This document shows positions 37,857 through 49,421 of a stretch of DNA of 64,000 bases, piece after piece. This DNA is from Basidiobolus meristosporus CBS 931.73. Taxonomy: Eukaryota; Fungi; Basidiobolomycota. The notes below the pieces were generated by a model that made no database searches, had not been told where the DNA came from, and saw only the letters and a program-made list of their open reading frames with translations. The stretch is from assembly GCA_002104905.1 (NCBI GenBank), contig MCFE01000062.1, forward strand, positions 124,001 through 188,000. Direction: 5' to 3'. A program made the position numbers and the translations under genes. Each line of letters starts with the position of its first letter. Position 1 is the first letter of the stretch.

Positions 37857-38909
37857 ATGCATCGGTTCTTTGGCACCAACAAGAAAAAGGAAAAACCAAC
37901 GTTGGCGGGTGCCATCGCCACGGTGAGTATCACTGCGCTTCAGCCGGCCTACCCTTTTCCTCAAACACATATTAATATCCAGCCACCTTTCTTGGGTTGA
38001 ACCAGGCTGATGAGCGAGTTAGCTCTATCGATAGCAAAATCAAAGCACTCGATATTGAGTTGGCCAAATACCGGGAACAAATGAAACTCATGCGCGAGGG
38101 GCCAACCAAGGTAAGCACTGCCGATGTAAGCAGCAAGCCGATATTTTCTAACCTTCCACCAAAAGAATGGTATAAAAGCCAGAGCCATGCGGATACTGAA
38201 GCAGAAGAAAATGTCGGTAAGCCATGAGGTCGAGGATACGGAGCAATATTAACTTTCTTCCGGACTTAGGTATGAAGGCCAGAGGGACCAAATGCAGCAA
38301 CAGGTGTTCAATATGGAGCAAACTAGCTTTGCCACTGATAATCTGCGAGATACCATCTTGACGGTAGAAGCCATGCAAACTGCCAACAAAGAACTAAGAA
38401 GCCATTACAAGAAAGTCAATATTGATAAGATTGAGGTAGTTTCTTGCTAATTTGGGCTCGCATTTCAACCGTACCAACCCATCTCTGCGATACAAGGATC
38501 TTCAAGATGAGATGGCCGACTTATTAGAACAAGCCAATGATGTCCAAGAGGCTTTGAGTAGGACATATGGACTTCCGGAAGATATAGATGAAGTAGATCT
38601 TGAAGCAGGTAAACACTCAAGCTGCTATTTGCCAACGCAAGCCATTTGAAATTAACGCCAATCTCATTAGAGCTGGAAGCTTTGGGAGATGAGCTCCTGT
38701 TCGAGGAAGAAGAAACACCTTCATACCTACAAGACAACACAGCACTGCCAGAATTTCCCGAGACTCCCGGCCTCCGTGAGCCAAACAAAAGGCAAGATGT
38801 TTCGTTGGATGAATTGGGTAAGCATTTGTTAGTGATAATCAAATCACCTGAGCGCCGCTGATATTATCCACTTCCAGGTTTACACAATACCCCTATTAAA
38901 ACAGCTTGA
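37857..38909 (+). CDS. VPS60: ESCRT-III Snf7-family protein Vps60/CHMP5; 7 exons, about 224 aa
   Basis: Exons 37857-37922, 38006-38110, 38166-38212, 38270-38435, 38497-38608, 38671-38817, 38878-38909 with GT-AG introns in frame; [48 protein letters not shown] motifs. Confidence 0.93.
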
Positions 38910-39077
38910 ATTACCGGGAGAATGATGCATTGTATTCCCTAGGGATCCACCCATATTATGTCGTGTCAGCAACAGGTAATGCTCGAGAAATTGTACCTGC
39001 ACTCACTACGAACACACTGCAACGAAAGTCCCATGCGCACTAGCTTGGTATTTATTTCAACTGGAGACGAGTTTTAT

Positions 39078-40317
39078 CTACATCCAGAAAGATTCCTTGT
39101 GCCATAATATCATATACTTGGGTTGAATAAATAAAGGATATTGGATGTTGGTGACTTCAGCACTAGCGCACTGAATACTTGTGATAAACGAAATAGGCTT
39201 GGTGTCTGGTGTGAATCAAAATTGGCATTGTTGGAGAGAAGCAAATGATACCAGATCCATTCAAGGAATGTTTGTTGGTTTGTTCGTGTGTGGATTCACG
39301 CCGGGTTTCCCAATTGCATTTCCATTATAATTACTATTACAGATCGATTATTATAAACCCAGCTCACATGTACCCTAGCTTTCGTTTCAGCGACTCCAGT
39401 TGACGGCGGGATTGGTAGAGCTCGTGCGTTCTCTCCGTCAGTATATGGATCAACTCGTCGCGAGAGGCATTTTGGGTGTTCTTGCAAGAGTCCAATAGCT
39501 CGATACAGTTCCGGTCCACATCCTCGAACATCCCAGAGTGTTCAGTCAATGGTGCGCTAATGAAGCGGCGGATGTTGTTCTGACTTCGGTCATTTTTGGC
39601 TCCTGTCACATAAAGGATTACCAACGCATCTGTCTCCTGGTGAAGTCTGGCCGCCTACATCAAAGTGCCATGTTATTTCATTCGGTTTCGATTCGCAGGC
39701 TTATTGAAGTCTTGACATACCCTTTGAACAAGTTCCTCAGATAGGGCCGAGATGTCGGAACCTCGCCGTTGGGCATCTGTGGTGGTTAATTGGATGTCAG
39801 TGGACATCACGAACTAAATCGAGCGCTTTAAAGTACCTGGAAGAGAATAACCTCCTACGATAGTGCTTGGGCCAAATTCAGGGTTCCTTCAAAAAGTTGC
39901 ACCAAGGCGTGAGTTCAAGCTTACTGATATCACAGAAGTATATATGATATTTACTGAGTTGGCATCTCGTTGCCGCCAACCGGAAACCCATTACTAATGG
40001 GGAGCTTGGGAAGAGGGGTGCTTTCCCCTAACGGCGAACAAGCTCAGTTAGTAATTCATCAGAAATACTGGGCTTGTACTCGTACCATTGCTACGAAAAG
40101 CCTGGGGCTGTTGTGCCGGATGAGAAAATGTAGCAGCGGGCGGTGGGTTTACGACTTGTCTCGGTAACACTCCATTACTAACGAGCGGAGGTCCCTGAAT
40201 TACACTTAGATGGGAAAGCGAGAATATATCAGGAATAAACGTCAGGAAAGTCTCAATCGGTGTTAACATAATACTTGTTGGGTGGCTGTGATGCGGATAG
40301 GGGAACGCTTGAATCAC
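39078..40317 (-). CDS. Uncharacterised multi-exon gene: P/Q-rich region then coiled-coil-like C-terminus; 5' end unresolved
   Basis: Frame-consistent exons ..40086, 40027-39955, 39886-39837, 39776-39721, 39654-39374 (possible further 42-nt in-frame intron), 39177-39078; may extend to the ORF at 40747-41037. Confidence 0.6.
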
Positions 40318-43300
40318 TCTGGCTACTCAATGTGAAACGGATTAATATAGAGTGACAGCAAGGGATGACCAACAGGCCCGCAATATTTCTACCTGTCTTC
40401 TTCAACTTTTGCATCTATTTTGACGGCAGGATCGCCAAATGGGCATATATGACCTTTCCTTGGTTGCTTACACTTTGAACAGATTTGAACGCGCATGAGT
40501 ACAGAAAGAAACGGGACGGAGCGAAACACGTTTGGAAATTTTCCTTGTCACGAAAATCAAAATAAGAATAATGGTCAAAGTTGGTGATGTTCATGTTAAG
40601 ATGAGGTTTATTATTGAATTCAGTAAAAAAAATTCTTCCAGTGAAATCAAGCTACTTTAGAGCTGGTTACGTTGCCACATCGACTACAGAACCAATTATC
40701 ATGTTGGATTAAATATACTATTGTTATTCTGAAGATTAACTATTTCTCACCCCCTTTGTCTACGATATTCCCAAACAATTATTGAGGGTTGTTTGCATCT
40801 TGGCAGGAGGCATCTTTCCATTAGCATCGTGTGCACTCGTATTGTGTTTGCATCGCAGGTTAGGACGACATGGCGAAATTGACGGTGGCCGTGAGGATAC
40901 TGTTCGAGTCTCCTTTCCAAGTGGTCTATGATGTAGTTATGCAACGAGTATGACTGTGCAGTAATCGCAGAAGTGGGCTTCTTTGGATTCGTTAGTGAGG
41001 TAGCATGCTTCACTAACCGTCCCCATGTCGGGAGCAATTTTCCGCCCTCGCCATCATTCGGTCGAGAAGTACTAACCCCAAGTCCGAGTAGTCGGATAGC
41101 ACATGAAGCAGCTCTGGTATTTCAGGGCCACAGCCAAGAGTGTGCTCTAGCAGGCCTCTAAACAATGTGGGCTATTTAATCCTTAGATGGGCCACCTAAT
41201 TAAGACATCTTTTCGATTTACGATTGATTCTTGAAACTGGCCTTACGCTTGATTAACACATGTAGCTACATGACGGTAACTAGTAAGGATAAAGTGCGTC
41301 AGGTTATTTGGGCGCAAATGGGGCAGGAGGAAGGGATAATAAGGGGGGTTCTCAAATATCTGGCATATAGGGTGAGGTAATCGCCCTGTGGACGTTACAG
41401 ACATATGATTAAGATGTGGCAATGGTGGGTTCAGCATGCAGAACAGTGCCGGCAGTCAGCTACACACGCCTCGTTAGGTAAATCTCAACATCAAATGGAT
41501 TCAGTATATCTGCATCTTAGATGGCATGGCATCATCAAGCTTGTATCATCGAGATTCCAAAATGCTGGGAGGAATTCCACGATCGGGAAAACCACAAGTC
41601 ACAGTGATGAACAACTGTTGACTTGGAAGGATGACTTGATGATGACGTCAATCAACAGCTACTTCTCAGAGTGCCAAGATCTCACTTAATACCGATATCG
41701 ATTGAGATAAGACTAGTCAACAGGTTGGTGGTGGTATCAAAAGGGCAATGGACATGTGCAAGACCTTCATTAACGTGAAGCACCGACAACTACACTTGTT
41801 AGTACACCATCTGATTGCTCTTGGCTTGTCAAGGGCACACCCTGACGCGGGCAGGAATCTTGCCAAATCATTACTGCGAACCTGTCTCCTCCTATGCTCG
41901 CAGGAGTTTCACAGTTACACCACCTATTCCCATCGAGTGATCGGCCGTCGTGAAGCTGAGAACATATGCAGAGGAAATGACTAGAATAAGGTTTAGCATT
42001 CATTTAGAGTGATTTAGCAAGTGGATGGCTGATTGGCAGCCAAAAGTACAAACTCATATATACATCCGTACATGATGTAGGACAGCTTGAATAGATAGCG
42101 CGGTGCCAGCAATGGGGACCTGGAGCAATTGTTGTTAGTAGAGTCCAACAGGCGAGGTTGATAAAACATCGATCTTTATGAATTGCGGCAAGACACTACG
42201 TACGGACGTGGAATAATTGGATAGCAACGAACCCTGGATGTTTACAGTAATGATCAGAGTTGATTGGTGTGACCCTTTCTAATAGAGAAGGAACGTTCTT
42301 TACTCAGGAATGCAGCATGCGTTGGTTATCAACATTAGGCGTGTTCTTGGTAAGCTAATCAACTTTCTCAGGACACACAATACTCGTCAGTGCTGTATCA
42401 ATTTAATTTGATACCGGTCATTGAAAGAAGTATATACCACCACTGCTTTATTATGCCTGTATATAGCCATGCGTCACACAGCCCAAGAATTGGTTGTACA
42501 AGAGTAGGTCAACAGGAAATTCTGTGAAAATGGCGATATTATGGGTATCCAAGAAGGCCCCATTATTTCCTAGCCTGGGGCTAGCTATCATTCCCGATAC
42601 CACGGATGATCATGAGCTCAGTCTCGCTTGTTATGTACTATTTGGGATCAAGCTCAGCTGTGCCCTCAAAGCTAAATTGATCGTATTCAGGAAGCATTTC
42701 CAAAAGGCCAACCAAATCCGATGGCTGATGCGCTCATTGTCTAGCCCAATGGCGGCGTTGTGCAATAGTTGTCAATGGATGAAGACTACAATACTAAGCA
42801 GCCTCTCATTGATGCATTTTGAAGTATCACCTTGTACTTGGGGTTGTCATGACGAACCCTTGTTCAGAACAATACCCATTAATCAGGTTGCGTCGGCTTG
42901 GGTGTGGGTGTAGATGGGAGTCAACACGGGAATTAGCTGATTATAATCATCAAAAGATTACACGCGTCAGAGTTCCCTGATAGACATAGCACTGCTCTTC
43001 TTGCCATAAGCCATCATTTCGATGTTGGGATTATCTCTTCTCTCATGCTACTTGATTAACCAGAGTTCACCATATCGCGGACACATATATAACGCATGTG
43101 TTCAGGCCATTTCGGAATCGACTTCCTGGGTGCCAGTTTTCATTAGGAACTCAACCTCCTTAATCGATCATTGGCGTAATACTGGTCCGCCTCTCCCTCC
43201 CCCCTCCCCCACTTGACATCATGTTGATGACATTAAATGCCTAAATCATGTGATGACTGTTCATAATACTGACTCTCGTTGTACGACCAGCAGCTGCATT

Positions 43301-43538
43301 TATCCTATTCTCTAGGAGGTTAAATCAGGATCTGTTATGGTGAAAACTGAACGGAACCGAATATTGGTATCATTATCAATGTTCCCGTCCCCATTGGTAT
43401 AAATACCTCGCTGCCTTCGACGTTATCGTACCTAATTGGATTTTTGCCTCATACGCCTTGTATCTCCACTAGGTAGACTGTACTTGGGGAGTTCACCGAC
43501 AACCTTATCCATCTAGTTCCATTATTGTGCTACAGTTC

Positions 43539-45328
43539 ATGGATAACAATAGACTCGAAACTCGGCAGCCTCCTCCCTTACCTTTAAGCGCATTTAGAAA
43601 CCCTCCCTGGATTGCCGACATCCTGAGAATAATTTTTTCATACCTAAACAACAACTTGGAGCATTTGACGAGTTGTTGTCTAGTTAGCCGTAGTTGGTAT
43701 TCGGAAGCCGTTCGAGGCTTGTGGAGTAAGCCATTCTTTCTGACCCAACCCAACTTTCGACGTTTCAAACAAGTAATACTGTATAATACACATTGTAAGC
43801 CCCGACAGTTTTGGTAGCTTCTCTTTCAAGGTTGCCATCTTAATCCTTTTTCTCTTGTGTTTCCATTTTAGTGGCCAGCTTGGTCCACGTCCTAGATTTG
43901 CAAGACTACCGATACTTCGTCCTTAAATATGCCGACTTTTTACTTCAACATCTTCCTAATCTCACCGCAATCCGTTTTCCACAGGCCCTTCCCATCACTA
44001 GACATGTCTTGCCAGTCTCCAAATCCTGGAATTTCGGCACCCTAAAGGCTATAAGTTACATAGAAGTGCATTCCTCTAGAGAAGAGGATTTTGTATTTCT
44101 TGACACTGTTCTGCGTAAATGTTCAAACCTCGAGCAGCTAGGGTTGATCTTCAAGAATCCAACTGAATGGAATGCCTCCCCGGATGTCATGCCTTTGCTG
44201 TCACTTAAGCAGCTCCAGGTTGGTGGTCTAGAGTTAACAAGCGAGCTGTTGAGAGCCTTACTACAGCTAACACCGAACTTGACGAGATTGGAGCTCTTCA
44301 CTACAACCCCGCCAGTTGGTTTGGTACAAATGCTTGTCGACAGCTGCAGCCGACTAGAGCATCTGCATCTTGAGTTTGAGTACGCTGACGATGATGCCCT
44401 GTGGGACCTTTGTGACGAAGCCGCCAGGGATATGGTCAATCATTTGAAGTACTTTGCTTTAGTGTACCATCAAACCCTACGCAACACACCCGAGGATCGG
44501 ATGGAGATTTTATGGCGATCACTCAAATCGGTAGAAACCCTTCGATTGTGGCAAATCGAGCTGAATGATGCGATGCTGTACTCCTTGTCGGAGGCGCTGC
44601 CCAAAAAATTGACGGCGTTAGATCTGTATTCAGTATCGGTTGCCGAGCCTTGTAGCATAGGTGCCTGGGTGGAGTTTTTTGTAACCTGCGGAGAGCAAAT
44701 AACTTCTCTTTCAATATCCCATTCTCAGTTGCCAGCCCGGCTGGGTCAGGTTATAGCGAAGTATTGCAATCATTTGGAGGAGCTAGTGGTTCGATCATGT
44801 AGATTCGAGGATGAGTCAGTCGTTGCGATCGTTCAACGATGTGGGCCGACGCTGAAGAAACTGCAGCTCTACGATACCTATATTACCGAGCTTTCTATAC
44901 GCGCCATCTGTGGATACTGCAGCGAGCTAGAGGAGTTGGCGTTGTTCAGCACAGAGCATCAGCTGCAGCAGTTCGAGGATTCCTCCCTGGTTTCGTATAT
45001 TGTGGCTCATGGGCACCTGTTGAGGTCCTTGTGTATACGTGGCTGGAAAACAACTAACATTGTTCTAACCAGCCTGGCGAATTATGCCCGGGTTTTGCAG
45101 GAGCTCGATTTTGAAAACGACGCCGGACTCGAAGATGCAACTCTTCGTCAGGTGATGAAGTCTTGCAAACTGCGCCAGTTGAATATCACCACCCGCCACG
45201 ATTGTGGCGGTCTGACGGCAGAGATGATCGAACTAGTTGACAAATACTACGTGTTTACTAAGCGAATCCAAAATCCACTCTCCTTAGACATGGAGACCAT
45301 CTATGGGATACTTTACGGCAGTCCATAG
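43539..45328 (+). CDS. F-box / leucine-rich-repeat (RNI-like) protein; 2 exons, about 570 aa
   Basis: F-box-like DILRIIFSYL...LTSCCLVSRSW in exon 43539-43794; in-frame GT-AG intron 43795-43871; LxxLxL repeats (CSNLEQLGL, CNHLEELVV, CGPTLKKLQLYDTYITE). Confidence 0.85.
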
Positions 45329-45989
45329 GCCGCTGGATTGTTTAATGATTCTTCGATATTCCTGTAACCCAACTATCCCACGTGTAATTAACATGCTTTC
45401 TGTACAGCTCATTGCATCCATAAATGGTTTACCAAGTCGTCATTTCAATTTCTATTTGGACGTGAATAGTTTCGCTAGTCCAATTTCCACCCACCCCTCG
45501 CCCTGTAGGCTCTCCAACGAACGTTCATCATCATAGAATGGTCACACTAATGGAGCAGTCATTGCCGTTGGAGATCTGGAGCGTTCAGTGTTTCCACCAA
45601 ATTTATAATTTATTGGGGGTGAAAAGAGGTTTGAATCCGGAGTTTACTAAGCCCCGACGGCATATGATGCTTTGTAATCAAACCCCCAGTGAGGCTCACG
45701 TGCCGCAATCGTCGAGGACAAGCATTAAAACATACCCACCTTCCGAGGTGATTTCAAATCGCCTCCCAAGCTTCCTCCATGCGCAGCCAAACGTCTACTG
45801 GCCTAATTGAAATCTGTTACCTTCGTGAACCACGAAGTGTATGGTATGCTTTTAACCCTTGGATCTACTTGATATGCCATATGTCCCGGATCCACAGGAT
45901 TGGTCTCTTGGGGCTCAATAGGTCAATGTTCAAATTCCATGTCGAGCACCAATATAGGATGCAAAATATCTCTTTGGCCAACTAGACTG

Positions 45990-46990
45990 GTGGCTTCTTG
46001 TATGCGCTTCCTTATGATGGTCTTTTTGCAGGGGATATAGCAGAACTTGCAACTTGACTCATCTTCTAATCTCCCCACACATCTACTCCACAGAAAACTC
46101 CCGAAAGGTGAAGCAAGTTCCGATGTTCTCCACACACCAGGCAAGATGTGTTGCAAGAGTCTTGGAGATATTGGAAGTGATTGGGAGGACAACTAGATTA
46201 TGTGGTTTTCACTTACTGATTTATTCAATGTAAAAGTAGTTTTATACTTTTACATGATCTTGGCATAACAAACATGTAGAATAGGTCTAGGAAGGTCCCA
46301 AAGACATGAGTGCAAAGTTTGGGGCTGCTTGGACTACTTTGAGAATTTTCATTTTCTGGGTACTTGATATTATGGTGAAAATATTCCAGGTAAATTTCAA
46401 CAAGGAATTTGATCAGTATTCTTTAAGATCTAAAGTTAATGATCCAAGTGACTAAGTTTGGTGAATATTTAGGTGGAGTTACAAACTTTTACAACAAGAT
46501 GGAGTATACAATGGATACAGCAGTGGCAGAGATCTATGGGCTCAGCTTTATGCCAGTAGTATAGCTTCTAAAATTCTGTTGCAAGCTCATTGCATAAAAG
46601 CTTTAGATGTGTCAAGTTGGCATTGGTGATCTGCTTCTGGATAAATATTCCTACAATGTCAAGATATGACTCCCAATGCCTCCAATATACTCTGGGTTGA
46701 AATTACTTCAGAAGATCACCTGAATATACACAAGTCCAGTTCATCCAGTCCTTGCATTTATATAGTTACATTTGTGTAATAACACTAATTGAAACTTGTA
46801 CGTAATACTTTGGGTAGTGGATATTCCTTACTATCTTGGCAAGTCAATTAAATTTCTGCATTGTCTCCATAGGCTCATTTAGCCTGAAATGCCTCATTTA
46901 CAACTTGATCATGAGTATTGGGATGTTCTTGAAGAGCAAATGCATTGCTCCCAGTGGAAAGTTTTTGCCCCAGCAGATTCCCTCTATTTG
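45990..46990 (-). pseudogene. CACTA transposase fragment interrupted by a solo Copia LTR
   Basis: Collinear with 10400-11000 once 46149-46496 is removed. Confidence 0.8.
46149..46496 (-). mobile_element. Solo Copia LTR with perfect 5-bp TSD AGATG
   Basis: tgttgcaagag...tttacaaca; agatg at 46144-46148 and 46497-46501. Confidence 0.92.
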
Positions 46991-46997
46991 AAGTGTC

Positions 46998-47346
46998 TGT
47001 TGTAATTATTAAGTTGTCACCTAAATATTCATGCTAACTTAGTCACAGAGATCTTATTCTTTGATTAGCATTCTGTCCTGACCAAATTTCTAGTTGAGAT
47101 TTACTTAGAATAATCTCACTAAACTATCAGGTACCCAGATTATGATCTTTCTCAAAGTTGTCCAAAAGCCCCCAAACTTTGCACACATATTCTTGGGATC
47201 TCTCTTGAAAGACTCTACATGTTTGTTTGCTCTACTTTATTAAAAGTATAAATACCATAATTTTGATCTATAAATCTACAAGTGAACAACATGTAAATCT
47301 TCTAGTTCTCCAAATCACTTCCAATACTTCTCATAATATTGCAACA
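46998..47346 (+). mobile_element. Solo Copia LTR joining two unrelated TE remnants
   Basis: tgttgtaatt...ttgcaaca; flanks differ (CACTA transposase left, homologue of 14310-15060 right); no TSD. Confidence 0.8.
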
Positions 47347-47349
47347 CAA

Positions 47350-48130
47350 CATCCTCCATTGTAGACAGCATGGAGGTTCCACTGACAGACAAAGCAACAA
47401 TGTTAACAACTCAAAGACTATCATAATGCCTACAGTGGAATTTTGGAACATTAATAGGCACATCAATAGGTTGCAGCACTTCTTCAAGAGTGGTGCTTAG
47501 GAAAAACACCTGAATATTTCAAGGATTTATTTTAAAGACTGACAGATGAGGTGCCAGACCTTGCAGCTCTGGCTGAAGATCAGGACATATGGGAACCAGT
47601 GAATGAACAGTGGCATAAAGCCATAAGGTTTCTGCCAAAGTCATGGAAAAAGGATCTAACAGCAGAAATACTTATTGAATGATGGATTTTGATGGAGTTA
47701 CTTATTGAGTGTGGAGTTGGGCTCAATGTTAGTGTTGGGCATAGGAACTTGTATAGGTCAATACAATTGGTAATTGAGATATAACTGAAGTTTCAACAGA
47801 AATAAATCAATTTGTATGCATGAAATATAAGAGAATTGGTTGAGTCAGGAAGTAAGGGGTGTGAAAAAGAGGCAATAGCCAATCAATGTATACAATCATA
47901 GGAGGTGATTGAGTCTCTGGGATCAGAAAGTGAGTGAATTGACAGAGGACCAATCAAAAGCTACTTATGTATTGATTTGATGAAAAATTTTGAACAAGTT
48001 TTTTGTGAAATCTGGGGTGCAATTATTTTGCACTGGTCTTTGCACAGTGTCCTGATGGGATCAATACCTCTTAGTCATGGGACTTTAATTTTGTGATGGC
48101 CTTTTGATGGGAGCATCATAATCATTTCTC
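47350..48130 (+). repeat. Second copy of the TE-borne coding fragment at 14310-15060
   Basis: LTDEVPDLAALAEDQDIWEPVNEQWHKAIRFLPK versus LADEVLDLAVPAEDHSMWAPVNEQWHKAIGFLPK. Confidence 0.75.
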
Positions 48131-48139
48131 ATAGGGCCA

Positions 48140-49421
48140 TAGGGCTTCCATATACATGGTTAAAAGTTCATGTTGTCAACTAAGTGGGCAATTCTTTTAA
48201 GGTTTGTTATCTCTACTACTGGGTGCATCTGAATGGCAAGATATTTTGGTGCAAGATACACTTTCTTAGCACTTGAAAATATTTGGTAGGTTTCTTCCAA
48301 TGCCTTCCAGGCATTCTTTGCCATTTTGATGGCAGCTTGACTTTGACATTATGGCAGTTGCAGTTGAGCACACTCTGCTCCTCCTTTAGGTTCTTTAGGC
48401 TTTGTTACCTACACCTGATCATTTTTCATGTGGCCATTGTAGTATTAACTTATCTGCTAAGCCTTCCCCAGTGATTAGTCATCTTAGAACTATTCAACAA
48501 CTTAGCAGTTGTTAGGACATTAGCTGATTGAAGATGCAATTTTTATTTATCTTATGCACCTATCAACACCCAAATTGGCTTCAATTAATCCAGTCTCTTA
48601 GTGCTTACTTATTCAACTTGATCAGAAAAGTATAAATAAAGATCACTGAGCCTTTTGGTTTAGTGTGTGTCTCAAAAAAGTTAAAAATGTGTCTCAGCCA
48701 AATTAAGAATTCAGCAATTCCATTCTAGTATCTACCCAAGCTTAGTATATCTGGTGCTCCCAAGAATGCCAAGCCTAGACTGCATTGTAAACTAACTCCA
48801 TTGCCCTCATAGCCAAACTTGGCTATATAAAGATTAATTTTGGGGCAGAATAACTCTGCTAATATATCCACCACTCTCTGAAGATTCTAAGATTCTGCAT
48901 TTAATTGTCCCTTTGTTTCAGCTAAAGCATTCAAGAGCTTTATTACACTTTTCTTTTGAACACAACATTATTATCACCTTCCAGAGTTGATAGTTTGATT
49001 AATCCAGCTTCTCAGCTAAGTGGAAATTTTGGTTGCAGCAGTAGTGGACACTCTAGTGGGCAAGAGCCTGAGGCTCATTGCCTGTTTTAACAGTTTCAAA
49101 GACATTTGAAGTAAGTGCAAGAGCAAGTATATTATGTGGCTTTCACTTGATGAGCCATTAAATGTAAAAGTAGTATTGGAATATGTTAAAGGCCTTGGCA
49201 AAACAACCATGTAGAAAATGTTTAGAAAGGTCCAAAGCACATGTGTGCTAGGCTTGAGCCTATTTGGACAACTCACCAGTCATTCATGTCCTAGGTACCA
49301 ATGAATAGGTTCAGAGTAAATCCTGACAAGGGTTTTAGGCAGATTTCTCTAAGGCTTGTAGACTATGATTTAAGTGACCAAGTTAAGTGAGTATCTAGGT
49401 GTTATTACAAAATCTACAACA
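48140..49421 (-). mobile_element. Copia remnant D: 5' LTR (49083-49421), degenerate PBS and gag fragments
   Basis: LTR homology; ggcaatgagcc PBS remnant next to the LTR; gag-like EQS..NC..NVK and AKNAWKALEETY fragments; a further partial LTR at about 49480-49720. Confidence 0.7.

Noticed and set aside
43190-43212. C/G homopolymer runs (also 24860, 52167, 54880) as G-quadruplex regulators
   Set aside because: Short isolated runs; no supporting evidence from sequence alone
44056-44714. Minus-strand ORFs within the F-box gene
   Set aside because: Antisense shadows with no motifs
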